From NCBI GenBank assembly GCA_963810095.1, contig CAWEMM010000002.1, forward strand, positions 192,001-256,000: a DNA stretch of 64,000 nucleotides, given 5' to 3'. Position 1 is the stretch's first letter; every line of letters starts with the position of its first letter. A model generated the notes under the pieces. It worked only from the letters and a program-made list of their open reading frames with translations, had not been told where the DNA came from and searched no databases. The DNA is from an uncultured Chloroflexia bacterium (lineage in GTDB: Bacteria > Chloroflexota > Anaerolineae > CG2-30-64-16). Both the position numbers and the translations under genes were made by a program. Of the stretch, positions 1 through 9,722 are shown piece by piece.

Positions 1-201
1 CTCGAGCTACCCCCGGGCAGCCCATACCCGCAGCCCAGTGGCGAGCGGGTGCCCCTTGGCGTCTGGTACACTTATGAGTCGCCCAACCTCTTCGAGCTAC
101 TTGGCCAGACGCGGCCCGCCCGGATCAACAGCCTCACTATCTACGCCAACGGGCACGATTACGAGAGCCTCGTTTCTGACGTTGGGCTGACGGTCCAATA
201 A
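1..201 (+). CDS. 3' end of hypothetical protein (partial)
   Basis: Frame 1 is open from base 1 to TAA at 199-201 (LELPPGSPYPQ...ANGHDYESLVSDVGLTVQ*), followed by GGAG and the next gene start. Confidence 0.6.
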   Translation, partial: LELPPGSPYPQPSGERVPLGVWYTYESPNLFELLGQTRPARINSLTIYANGHDYESLVSDVGLTVQ

Positions 202-214
202 GGGGGGCTGGAGT

Positions 215-1970
215 TTGGCACCCGCCTCTGCATCGCACGCCGGACGGCAGGGCCGCGATGAGCGGCTGACCGCGGCGCCCGACGTCGCGTTGCGGCCTGT
301 CTCACGCGGCGCCCGGTTCGCGCCCGCGTTACGCGTGCTGCCCCTCGTCGTGGCACTCGCCCTGTTTCTGCTGGCCGGCGCGTACCAGTTGACGCTGCCC
401 GGCCTGCACTATGACGAGGCGAAGGAAGCCGGCGTCAACGCGATGCAGATTCTCACCGGCCAGCCCGTGACGGCCTTCCGCGACGCGACGGTGGGCCTTG
501 GACCGTGGCGTGTCCCGCTCATGGTGCAGGACTACATCGGCAACCTCAACGTCCTGCTGGCGGTCCCCTTCCTCGCCGTGGGCGGAATCAACACGGCTGC
601 CTTGCGGGCCCTGCCGCTGCTGATTGCAGCCTTCACGCTCGTGTTCACCTGGATGATCGCGAACCGCCTTGGGGGCCCGCTGGTCGCAGCCGCAGCCGCC
701 CTGCTCCTTGCCGTCAACCCGTCGTTCGTCTTCTGGAGCCGCCAGGGGATCTTCGTCACGAACAGCACCGCGCTGTTCTTCATGGCGAGCCTGTGGTTTG
801 GGCTGCTGTGGTGGCAAGGCCGGCGCCCGCTTCACCTGGTCCTGGCCGCGCTCTTCTGCGGGCTCGGCATCTATGCAAAGCTGCTGTTCGTCTGGGCTGC
901 GATCGCGCTGGTGGTGGTGGCCGTCGCTGCGCTGGCCTGGGAGCGCCGGACGCTCGGGCGCTGGCGACTGCCCACGCTGCCCGCCCTCGCCGGCGCGGCC
1001 GTAGCATTCGTTCTCCCACTCGCGCCGCTGATCCTCTACAATGTGCGCACGAGCGGCACACTGCTATCGGTCTTTGGTCACCTCGGTCGCTCGTATTACG
1101 GCGTCGACAACAGCGCGTACGGTAGCAATCTGCTGGCCCGCCTGAATCAGTTGTTTGTGCTCTTGCGAGCCGACCACTTCTGGTACCTCGGCGGCGTGCA
1201 CGCCAACGAGTATGCGACCCTGGCTCCTGCTTGCGCTCGTCCTCCTTGCCGCAGCCGGCTGGTTTGGCGCGAGGCTCGCCGGTGCTGCCAGTAGTCAGCC
1301 GGAGCGCCGCTTCTTCACTCCTGCCCTTCCGCTGGCCCTGCTGATCCTGATCGTCCTGCAGAGCGCTTTCACCGTGAGCGACCTTTTCATCACGCACTTT
1401 GCGCTCCTGACGCCGCTGATCCCACTGATCGCCGCACTTAGCTTCGGCGAGATTCTTCTCTGGGCGAAGGGCCGCAGGCGGGGTCTGCGGCGGTTGGCCG
1501 TTGCCACCGCAGCGGTCTTAATCACCGCCTGGTTCGCGACCGATGCCTACACGGTCGTGCTCTACCACCGCAGCCTGGCCGTGTCGGGGGGCTACCTGGC
1601 ACATTCCGACGCGATCTACCCGTTGGCCGCGTACCTGGATCAGCAGGGTTATCAGAGGCCAGTCGCGCTCGATTGGGGCATCGACGCACCTATCCGTTTC
1701 CTCACCGCCGACCGGGTGCAACCCATCGACGTGTTCGGCTACGACCGCCTGGATGCGCCTGATCCCGGGTTCATGAAGCGCATCAACCCGTACCTGGATA
1801 ACTCGGACACCATTTGGATCGCTCCGCCCCCTGGCAGGGCGGTGTTCAAGGGCCGGGTGGAGATGATCGAGGCGCTGACGGCGCAGGGGTCGAAGTGGCT
1901 GGAGCAGATCCGCTTCAGCCAGCGCAGCGGCGAGCCCGCCTACTTCGTGCGTCGCTTTTTCAGAAGGTAG
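215..1970 (+). CDS. ArnT/PMT-like (GT39-type) membrane glycosyltransferase, frameshift near 1217
   Basis: PGLHYDEA motif after the first TM, multi-TM body; ORFs 215-1294 and 1155-1970 join by one base at TATGCG(A)CCCTGG. Confidence 0.75.
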
Positions 1971-3147
1971 CTTTTTGGTGCTCGCGCATCGAGCACGATG
2001 ACCAGGGTCGCCAGCAGCGCGATCCCGGCCGAAACGAGCGTCACGCCCGCCAGATCGTGGGCGCCCCACAGCCGCGGGCCGCTCAGCGAGCCTATCACCC
2101 TGCCCAGCGACGCCGCAGTCACATTGAGCGCCAGCACAGTCCCACGTGCACCCGGCGCCACTTCGGAAATCAGGGGAATCGACGCCACGATGCTGAACTC
2201 GAAGGTGAGGAACATGAGGCCAACGCCGGCCAGCCCTCCCGCCAACCCGCCGCCGGCGAGGCGTGGGAGCAGGAGATAGGCCCCCACGCTTAGGACCATG
2301 CCGGCGAGCACCGAGCGCCGCTTGCCAAGGCGGTCCACAATGCCGGCGGACGTTAGCTCGCCTGTCAGTTCTGCGACGCTGATAACGAGCGAGGCGACAC
2401 CCACGGCTGCGACGGTCAGGCCGAACTGCGTCTCGAGCCAATCGCCATACACGACAAAGATATTCTCGTTGGCCAGGCAGACGAGCAGGGTGAAGCAGAG
2501 CAGCGGGACCGCCTGCCGCCAGGGCACCCGGCGGAAGCCGTCGAGCAGCCCCGCATCGCCGGTCCAGGCTGGGCTTGCGCCGCAATTAGGGCAGAGCTTG
2601 CCCAGGGCGACGATCGCCAGCGCACCCGCGAGTGAGATGAGCACAAACGGCGCGCGCCAGGTAAAGCCGGCGATGATGAAGCCGGCAAGCGGGACGCCGA
2701 TGAACCAGGATGCCGACCACGAGAGCTCGAGCAGGCTCATCACCCGGCCGCGCCGCTCATACGGCACCGCGTCGCCGATGTAGGCCAGCATCGCGGGATC
2801 AAACGCCGCTTTCGAGAAGCCCAGCAGCCCGAACGCGATCATTGCGATACCCATTCCCGGTGCGACCGCGGCCATTGCCGCCCCTGCCGCCAGCGCAGCG
2901 AGCCCGGCGAGCATGATGGGGCGCCTGCCGTACCGGTCTGCCGCCAGCCCGTAGACGGGACTGAACGCGCCCGCGAGCGAGCGGATGGTCAGCAGCAAGC
3001 TGGCTGTCGCCAGGGGCACATCCAGGCCACGGCTGATGGCCGGGAGGAACGGGTAGACGATGCGATACTGCAGGTTAAGGGTCGTCCGCGCGAAGAGCAG
3101 CACGATCAGGTTCGCGGCGAGTCGGCGGCGGGTGGTTGGGAGGCCAT
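1940..3147 (-). CDS. MFS transporter (true start probably ATG 3147 with a 1-nt indel; in-frame ORF starts at 3103)
   Basis: MFS motif A GLAADRYGRRP and GIVDRLGKRRS, about 12 TM; TGaTATAAT lies 8 nt upstream of ATG 3147. Confidence 0.85.
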
Positions 3148-3247
3148 AGGCGGAGATTATATCACGGCCGCGGCAGTCCTTTGCGGTTCTTCAAACCCGG
3201 GAGAGCTACGCGGTGCGGGCAACTTATCGCCGTCGCCCGACGTCGTG

Positions 3248-3253
3248 TATAAT
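3248..3253 (+). promoter_or_regulatory. Sigma70-type -10 box (TATAAT) for the lipoprotein gene
   Basis: Perfect TATAAT about 50 nt upstream of the AGGAGG RBS and start. Confidence 0.5.
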
Positions 3254-3304
3254 GAATACCCCAGTCTGTGAGCGGCATCACAGCCGCATCCTCAGGAGGA
3301 ATGA

Positions 3305-4634
3305 GTGACCAGCCATCTTAGAACACCCTTGATGTTCGTTCTTGTCGTCCTGGTGGCCTTTTCCGGCCTTGCCAGCGGCTGTTCGGCCGCGGCGCAGGCG
3401 GCAACCGCAACCCCGACCAAAACTCCGCGCGTAGAAGCTGCGCAGGCGACGGTGGCCCCGGCGACCGCAGCGCCGACGGAAGCCCTTCCGACAGTCGTAC
3501 CGGCCCCGGCCACCGAGGCCCCCACCGTCGAGGTCGCAGCCCCGACCGAAGCACCGGCTGCCGAATACTACCCCGGCGGCGTCAGCCGAGTCGGCCGCAT
3601 CCACGGCCAATACAGGCTCGACCGCCGCGCCCACGTCCGACCAGCAGGCAGCGGGACAGGGAACCGGCGCGCCCGTTCAGCTCGAGCCCGGCGTTTCGTT
3701 TCTGACCGGCCTGCGCCCGTCCGACCCCACTGTGTTGAACCGCCGGCCATTGGCGATCAAGGTCGATAACGAGCCCGAGGTTGTGCCGCAGTCGGGGCTG
3801 AATAAGGCCGACATCGTGGTGGAGCATCCCAAAGAGCGGTGCATGACGCGCTTCACCGCAATTTACCAAAGCCAGGATGCGCCGCGGGTCGGCTCGATCC
3901 GCAGCGCACGCATTGTCGACGTCGAACTGCCCGTGATCTTCGACGCGATCCTGGCGTTCTCGGGCAGCGTGGAGCCCGTGCGCCAGATGATCTACAAGTC
4001 GGACATCGGCAAGCAGGTTCTCGAGCAGGCCCGTGTCTCCGGCACGTTTGTCCGCGATCCAAATATTCGCATCCCGTTCAACCTCTTCGCCAACACCGGG
4101 ACCCTGTGGAAGGCGGCTACGCAGCGCGGCATCAATACGGCGCCCAAGCCGTCGGCCGCGTGGACGTTCTCCGAAGCGGCCCCGGCAGGCGGCAAGGCCG
4201 CGAGCAAGCTCGACATCCCGTATCCGCAGCTTTACAAGGCCCTCACGGTGGGCTGGCGGTGGGACGCAGCCAGCGGCCGGTGGGTGCGCACGCTGGCAGG
4301 TAAGCCGGCCATCGACAAGGCCGACGGCAAGCAGATCAGCGCCGCAAACGTGATTGTGCTCTCGACCAACACGGTCGAGACGCTGATCCCGGAACAGGGA
4401 ACGAAGCTCGTCCGCGGGGGCTGTCAATCTAACGCTTCGGTCGAGGTCCAGTTGTGGGGCCAGGGGCCGGTCAAGATCCTGCGTGACGGAAAAGTCTATG
4501 AGGGCAAGTGGGTTCGGGCCAACCGGCACGCACCCTTCAGGTTCGTCGATGCGCAGGGCAAGGACATCCCGCTTAAGCCGGGGAACAGCTGGTGGCAGAT
4601 CGTGCCGTCGAGCATGACGGCGACCGTTCAGTAG
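3305..4634 (+). CDS. DUF3048 (YerB-like) lipoprotein, frameshifted in the Ala/Thr/Pro linker
   Basis: Lipobox LASGC; LTGL..RRPLAIKVDN, PQSGLNKADIV, GSIRSAR, LKPGNSWWQIVP are typical DUF3048 motifs; ORFs 3305-3769 and 3732-4634. Confidence 0.8.
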
Positions 4635-4654
4635 GACCATTCCAGGCAGGACGA

Positions 4655-4695
4655 CAGACCTCCGGGCATGCAAAGCCGCGGAGGTCTGCTTTTTC
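4655..4695 (+). terminator. Intrinsic terminator of the DUF3048 gene
   Basis: CAGACCTCCG...CGGAGGTCTG stem followed by CTTTTT. Confidence 0.75.
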
Positions 4696-4751
4696 TGATC
4701 CAAAACTAAACCCGTCCTCACCTGGTATTAATCTTCAGGTGCGATACTACA

Positions 4752-4864
4752 GACACTTCGGGTGCGGGTTCGGGACAGCCCAAGCCCAAAGAAAACGGTT
4801 CCTCCTCCATAACTACAAATAGGCGTGCGAACCCCGGGCGGGTGGGCCTGGGGTTCGCGCTTTT
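4752..4864 (+). ncRNA. Candidate small RNA, copy 1 (CCUCCUCC motif plus terminator)
   Basis: TGcGATACT extended -10 at 4740-4748, 5' hairpins, single-stranded CCTCCTCC at 4801-4808, 15-bp terminator stem 4825-4860 plus TTTT. Confidence 0.65.
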
Positions 4865-4977
4865 AAGGGCCAGTGAGGAGGGCACGGAGAGGTTTCGAAA
4901 CCGGCGGGATGCTGCTCGCTCTGAGCGAAAACTAAACCCGTTCTCACGTTCAGTTAATCTTGCGCTGCGATACTATA

Positions 4978-5110
4978 GACACTTCGGGTGCGGGTTCGGG
5001 ACAGCCCAAGCCCAAGGAAAACGGTTCCTCCTCCATAACTACATAGGCGGTGTAGGGCATGGCCTTACACGACGCAAATCCCGGGTGGGTGGGCCCGGGA
5101 TTTGTGTTTT
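4978..5110 (+). ncRNA. Candidate small RNA, copy 2
   Basis: Same promoter and core as copy 1; extra hairpin GTGTAGGGC-ATG-GCCTTACAC; terminator 5072-5110 with compensatory changes relative to copy 1. Confidence 0.65.
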
Positions 5111-5149
5111 AAAGCGCCTGGGTTAAGGTGGAGCAGCCGCCCGAACGGT

Positions 5150-7648
5150 CTAGCGTGCGTAGAGGCGGCGATAGAACTCGTAATTTTGCCACACGGCCTG
5201 CACGTACACCCGGGTCTCATTAATGTTGATCAGGCCCGCGAACAGGTCGTCGTCCTTCGGTGCATCTTCCCACCACGCGCCTGCGTTCCCAGGTCCCCCA
5301 TTGTACGCGGCAAGCGCCGCGAAATGGCTGCCGTCGAAGTGCGTGAGCCATTGGCGCACGTAGTATGCCCCGAACGCAACGTTCACGTAGGGCCAGTAGG
5401 CTTGGTGATCCTCATACCCCGGCCATGCCATCTGGCGGGCGATCCCTGCGGCCGTACCCGGCATGACCTGCATCAGCCCCTGGGCGCCCGCCGACGAAGC
5501 GACGCCGGGCTCGAAGCGGCTCTCCTGCCGGATGATCGCAGCGAGCAGACGAGGGTCGAGTTTCTGGCGGGCCGCCTCCTGCCGGATCAGCTTCTCGTAA
5601 GGGAAGGGATAGATCAGCTTCTGGAGGGCGACCGGCGCCTCTCGCAGCGGCCGGCCGCGCAGGCCCTGCACGCCATCCGCGCTGAGCAGCGACAGACGGT
5701 TTGCGCCCAGGTCGCGGAAGGCAATGGAGAGCGCAGCGAGGGTCCACGGCTCTTTCTCGTGCGCCTTGCGGACCCGCTCCAGGTTCTGCAGGGCCTCGGT
5801 GCGCCGGCCGATCGACATGAGCGCGAGCCCGCGCTTCCAATCAGGGCTCGAAGTGACCGCAGCCGGCAGGGTCAGCGAGCCGGTCCCCGCCCATTCCTGC
5901 AGCCACCCGGCGATCTCGGTTTTCTCGTCTCCGGACTTCAGCGGCGCCGTCTCGGTCTTAGGTGCATCTTCGCGCACCCACGCCTCGGGCTTGCCGTCGA
6001 GCCACGCGGCCGAACGCAGGCCGTAATAGCTCTCGCCCAGCGCCTTCGCCGCTTCCCAGGCCCGGCTTGCGCCGTCCGCATCCCCCGCCGCGTGAAGAGC
6101 GCGCCCCTGCCAATAATATCCGACCGGCTTCGCAAATGCGGCCAAGGCGGGCGCAGCCGCCATCTCACCCCAGACCTCCGCCGCCCGGCGCCATTCGGCC
6201 CGCTGGAAGAATGCCATGCCCGCGGCGTAGTACGCACGCCAGCCTTCGTCCGCCGCTGGATAGCGGCGTGCGGCGTCCAGGTAGGCATCGGCTGCCTGGT
6301 CGGACAGAGCGTTGTCGAGGAGCAGAGCCGCCTGCCACAGGGCCTTCGGGGCCAGTGCGACGTCGGGCTTGCGCTGCGCCAGCTCGCGGTAGGCAGCAAC
6401 CGCGTCGCTCGTGCGTCCGGCCCGCGCCAGCGCGCGCGCCCGGGCCATGGCTGCGTCGGCCCACTGGGGGCTGGCGGGCCACCGGCTCATGAATGCATCC
6501 AACTCCTGGATCCCCCGGTCGTACTGGCCGAGCCCGATATAGCTGAGGCCGGCGTAATACCAGGCGAGTCCCTGCCGGCCGTCCGGCTCCGCCGCCCGCA
6601 GGCGGTCAAATGCGGCGATGGCCAGGTCGTAGACCTCGTTGGAGTAGTTCGCGACGCCCCGCTGGAAGTCGTCGACCGGCGCGCCCGCGTCGAGCAGTGC
6701 CACGATGGACGAGTGGGCGTACTTGGAGGTGGGGTCCGCGTCGACAGCCGCCTGCCAGCGCTTGAGGGCGTCGGGCGGGTAGGTGGGCGTAATGATGCCG
6801 GTCGATTTAATGGCGTTAGCCACCTGCGCGAGTGAATTGCCGGCCAGGTACTGCATCTCGGCGGCAAACGCGCCCTTGGTCGTGTTTCCACGCAGCGCGT
6901 CGTACTGGGCCGCGGCCTCCTTGCCGTTCCCTGCCTGGAGCGCGAGGTCGGCCAGGGCGCGCCGGATCGCCGTCGTGTTCGTCCAGTCGGGCGCCTTTGC
7001 CAGCGCCTGGCGGTAGGCCTCGGCCGCGCCGGTCGCGTTGCCTTGCGCCTGGCGCTGCGCGGCGATGCGCTGCCACGTCAGGTATTGCAGCTCGGGAGAC
7101 AGCGGTAGATACGCCTGGTAGGCGGCTTCGGCTTGCTTGTAGGCGCCCAGAGACGAAAGGGTCTCGCCGAGCAGGAATTGCGCGGGCGGGCGGTGCGGGT
7201 CGTTTGCCGGCGCAGTAGCAAGCAGGTCCTTAAGGGTAGCAAAAGCCTCCGAAGGGGCGTCGTCATGCAGGTAGCACTGGGCCATCCGGAAGTTCGCTTC
7301 GGCTGCAACCGGCCCTTGCGAGCCGCTGGCAAGGATGCCGGCGAAGATACGCCGCGCCTGGTCGCAGTTGCCGATCAACTGTTGAAACGCGCCTTCAGGC
7401 AGCCTAGCCGCAGCCTCTTTGCTCGGCTCGCGCGGTGCGACAGTGGCCGTCGCAGCAGGGGCGCGGGTGGCAGCCGGCGCGCGCGTCGCAGCCGGGGTCG
7501 GGCTGGGTGCGGCCGTCGAAGGGGCGCCCGTGCGGGTGGCCGCGCGCGGCGGCGTCGCCGTCTGTGCGGCTGCGGGCACGGCAGGCAGCGCAGAAGCAGC
7601 CATGCTGAGCAGCAGAGTAATGCCGATGAATATGGGTTTGGGATGCAA
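5150..7648 (-). CDS. Secreted TPR-containing soluble lytic transglycosylase (Slt-like)
   Basis: Signal peptide, TPR helices, SLT motifs IIRQESRF, GAQGLMQVMP, AAYNGGPG, ETRVYV. Confidence 0.9.
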   Translation of the reverse strand: MHPKPIFIGITLLLSMAASALPAVPAAAQTATPPRAATRTGAPSTAAPSPTPAATRAPAATRAPAATATVAPREPSKEAAARLPEGAFQQLIGNCDQARRIFAGILASGSQGPVAAEANFRMAQCYLHDDAPSEAFATLKDLLATAPANDPHRPPAQFLLGETLSSLGAYKQAEAAYQAYLPLSPELQYLTWQRIAAQRQAQGNATGAAEAYRQALAKAPDWTNTTAIRRALADLALQAGNGKEAAAQYDALRGNTTKGAFAAEMQYLAGNSLAQVANAIKSTGIITPTYPPDALKRWQAAVDADPTSKYAHSSIVALLDAGAPVDDFQRGVANYSNEVYDLAIAAFDRLRAAEPDGRQGLAWYYAGLSYIGLGQYDRGIQELDAFMSRWPASPQWADAAMARARALARAGRTSDAVAAYRELAQRKPDVALAPKALWQAALLLDNALSDQAADAYLDAARRYPAADEGWRAYYAAGMAFFQRAEWRRAAEVWGEMAAAPALAAFAKPVGYYWQGRALHAAGDADGASRAWEAAKALGESYYGLRSAAWLDGKPEAWVREDAPKTETAPLKSGDEKTEIAGWLQEWAGTGSLTLPAAVTSSPDWKRGLALMSIGRRTEALQNLERVRKAHEKEPWTLAALSIAFRDLGANRLSLLSADGVQGLRGRPLREAPVALQKLIYPFPYEKLIRQEAARQKLDPRLLAAIIRQESRFEPGVASSAGAQGLMQVMPGTAAGIARQMAWPGYEDHQAYWPYVNVAFGAYYVRQWLTHFDGSHFAALAAYNGGPGNAGAWWEDAPKDDDLFAGLININETRVYVQAVWQNYEFYRRLYAR

Positions 7649-7802
7649 AATGGGCCTCCGGGTGCGGGCGGGGCACGTTGCAGTGCCGCCGGCGCTCGCG
7701 GGTGAACGGAACCTGCGCAGAAGACGCAGAGACTCTATCTTCTAAACGCACGAGAGGTCGAGGAGGTTCCGAGGTCCGGGTTTTCCGGCGGAGACGGCGT
7801 CC

Positions 7803-8642
7803 TTATAAGTCCCGGGTCGCGAAGAGCCACATCGCAACCAGGAGCCCGACCACCACGTACACGACTGCGTATCCGACCATCAACGGGCTGGGCGTGCTGG
7901 CCGCGCCGAACGGTGTGGCATCAAAGCCCAGGTTGCTGAGCATGGGCGGCTGCAGCAGGAAGGCCGCGCGTTTCCACATGGCCTCGCTGGGGATCAACAG
8001 GCTGACGACGATGCCCGTATTGACGGCGGCCTCGTTGCGCAGCATCGCGCCGAACTGTTCGATCCAACCCGCGATGAAGGCAAGGCCGTAAAGCATGAAG
8101 ATCACGACGCCGTTCGCCAGCGCCGGCAGCCGGGTGCCGCCCAGGATCGACAGCGTCAGCACGACAAGGCCCTCGAGCACGATCAGCAGCACTGCGGGCA
8201 CAGGGTTGCGGGGCAGGTAGCCGGAGATGCCCGAAACGATGGCTACCAGCGCCGCGCACATCACCACGGTGAACAGGGCCAGCATAACTGCCAGGCCCAG
8301 CCACTTGCCGGCCACCACCTCCCAGCGCCGCAACGGCTTCGTCACGAGGGTCTGGATCGTGCCCGAGGCGATTTCGCCCGCGATCGTGTCCACGGAGATC
8401 AGTAGGGCGAGCGCCACCCCAAGAAACGCGATCCCGTAGAAGCCTGCCATGAGGAAGAAGTTGACCGGTTCGAGCGAACGGATGCTTGCGATGTCGTTGA
8501 AACGCCCCACCTCGCGCCACATGAAATAGAAGCCCGTGGAGAAAACCAGCAGAAACGCCAGACCCAGCAGGATCACGGCCCAGGCGATCTTGCGCCAGCG
8601 CGCCTCGGCGAAGGTGATGGCGGCGATCTTCAGCACGTTCAT
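7803..8642 (-). CDS. ABC-2 type exporter permease
   Basis: EIASGTIQTLVTKPLRRWEVVAGKWLG motif, about 6 TM, overlaps the ATPase stop. Confidence 0.85.
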   Translation of the reverse strand: MNVLKIAAITFAEARWRKIAWAVILLGLAFLLVFSTGFYFMWREVGRFNDIASIRSLEPVNFFLMAGFYGIAFLGVALALLISVDTIAGEIASGTIQTLVTKPLRRWEVVAGKWLGLAVMLALFTVVMCAALVAIVSGISGYLPRNPVPAVLLIVLEGLVVLTLSILGGTRLPALANGVVIFMLYGLAFIAGWIEQFGAMLRNEAAVNTGIVVSLLIPSEAMWKRAAFLLQPPMLSNLGFDATPFGAASTPSPLMVGYAVVYVVVGLLVAMWLFATRDL

Positions 8643-9556
8643 ACCGTCTCCTCGGCCATCACCCGCATGAACAGCTCTTCGAGCGAAGGCCGCAGCGACG
8701 CAAGCTGGTATAGTTGGGCGCCGTTGCCCACGAGGTAGGCGGCAATCTGGGGCAGCACACCTTCATCCTCGGTTTGGAGGTGCAGGTGGCGTATGCCGTC
8801 CTGGCCGCCGTCGGGCTCTGTGACCTCGCCCCACTTCGCCAGCCCGGCGACCAACGCTTCGCTCAAACCCGCCGCACGGATCTCAACGGCACTGGCGCCT
8901 CGCGTCAACTCGTTCAGCGTCCCCACGCGCATAAGCCGCCCGCCCTTGACGATGGCGACCCGGTCGCATGTCACCTCGACCTCGCTGAGGTAATGGGAAT
9001 TAAGGAAGACGGTCACGCCCTGGTCTCGCAGCTCACGGATGATCTCGCGCACTTCATAACGGCCCACGGGGTCGAGCCCCGAAGTCGGCTCGTCCAAAAA
9101 CACCAACGTGGGCCGGTTGAGCAGGGCTTGCGCGAGGCCTACCCGCTGCTGCATCCCCTTCGAGTACTCGCCGAGCTTGGAGCGCCCTCGGCCGCCTAGC
9201 CCGACGCGGTCAAGCAAGGACGGGATGCGCTCGCGGCGCTCGGCCGCGCTCATGCCATACAACTGCCCGTGCATGTCGAGGAAGTTCTGCGCCGTGAGCC
9301 AGGCGGGAAAGCGGAAATGCTCGGGAAGAAATCCGACGTGCCGCATGGCGTCTGGCTCGCCCGGCGGGCGGCCGAGCACGCGCGCCTCGCCCGCGGTCGG
9401 TCGCACGAGCCCGAGCAGCATCTTGACCGTGGTCGTTTTTCCTGCGCCGTTCGGACCTAAAAAGCCGAAGACCTCGCCCTCACTCACATGAAGATCGAGG
9501 TCGTCGACTGCGGTCAGCCGGCCGTATTCCTTGCGGAGCGCGGTGGTGTGAATCAC
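8639..9556 (-). CDS. ABC exporter ATP-binding protein
   Basis: GPNGAGKT, YSKGMQQ, VFLDEP, NSH. Confidence 0.95.
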   Translation of the reverse strand: MIHTTALRKEYGRLTAVDDLDLHVSEGEVFGFLGPNGAGKTTTVKMLLGLVRPTAGEARVLGRPPGEPDAMRHVGFLPEHFRFPAWLTAQNFLDMHGQLYGMSAAERRERIPSLLDRVGLGGRGRSKLGEYSKGMQQRVGLAQALLNRPTLVFLDEPTSGLDPVGRYEVREIIRELRDQGVTVFLNSHYLSEVEVTCDRVAIVKGGRLMRVGTLNELTRGASAVEIRAAGLSEALVAGLAKWGEVTEPDGGQDGIRHLHLQTEDEGVLPQIAAYLVGNGAQLYQLASLRPSLEELFMRVMAEETV

Positions 9557-9582
9557 GATGCTATTTTACGGCGGAGAGAGAC

Positions 9583-9710
9583 TGGAACGCGAAAGCGCGA
9601 GCATGACTGAAGGCGCGAAGCACGAAGACCACTCACACGTAGCCTTCGCGCTTCGTGTTTTCGTCCACCTTCGCGTCTTCGCGTTCCACGCACCTTCGTG
9701 TCTTCGCGTG
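9583..9710. repeat. Periodic hairpin repeat (CGCGAAG/CTTCGCG units)
   Basis: TGGAACGCGAAAGCGCGA...TTCGCGTCTTCGCGTTCCA imperfect inverted repeat built from about 9-nt units. Confidence 0.75.
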
Positions 9711-9722
9711 CCAAACCGGCTC

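Larger units (their letters stand above)
4702..5110 (+). repeat. Two-copy tandem repeat, 226-bp period
   Basis: Copies start at 4702 and 4928; core 4751-4817 vs 4977-5043 has 1 mismatch in 67 nt. Confidence 0.95.

Noticed and set aside
3390-3570. Ala/Thr/Pro tandem repeats (also near 7440-7570, 43990-44090, 51500-51610)
   Set aside because: Ordinary low-complexity linkers of secreted proteins and lipoproteins.
4718-5036. Minus-strand micro-ORFs MEEEPFSLGLGCPEPAPEVS... in each repeat copy, and listed ORFs 4592-4822 and 4842-5126
   Set aside because: No SD before the ATG, and the promoter, terminator and G-U covariation all point to a + strand non-coding RNA; not fully excluded.
4702-5110. 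CRISPR array or tRNA pair
   Set aside because: Only two long units, no repeat-spacer pattern, no cas genes, no cloverleaf or T-loop motif.
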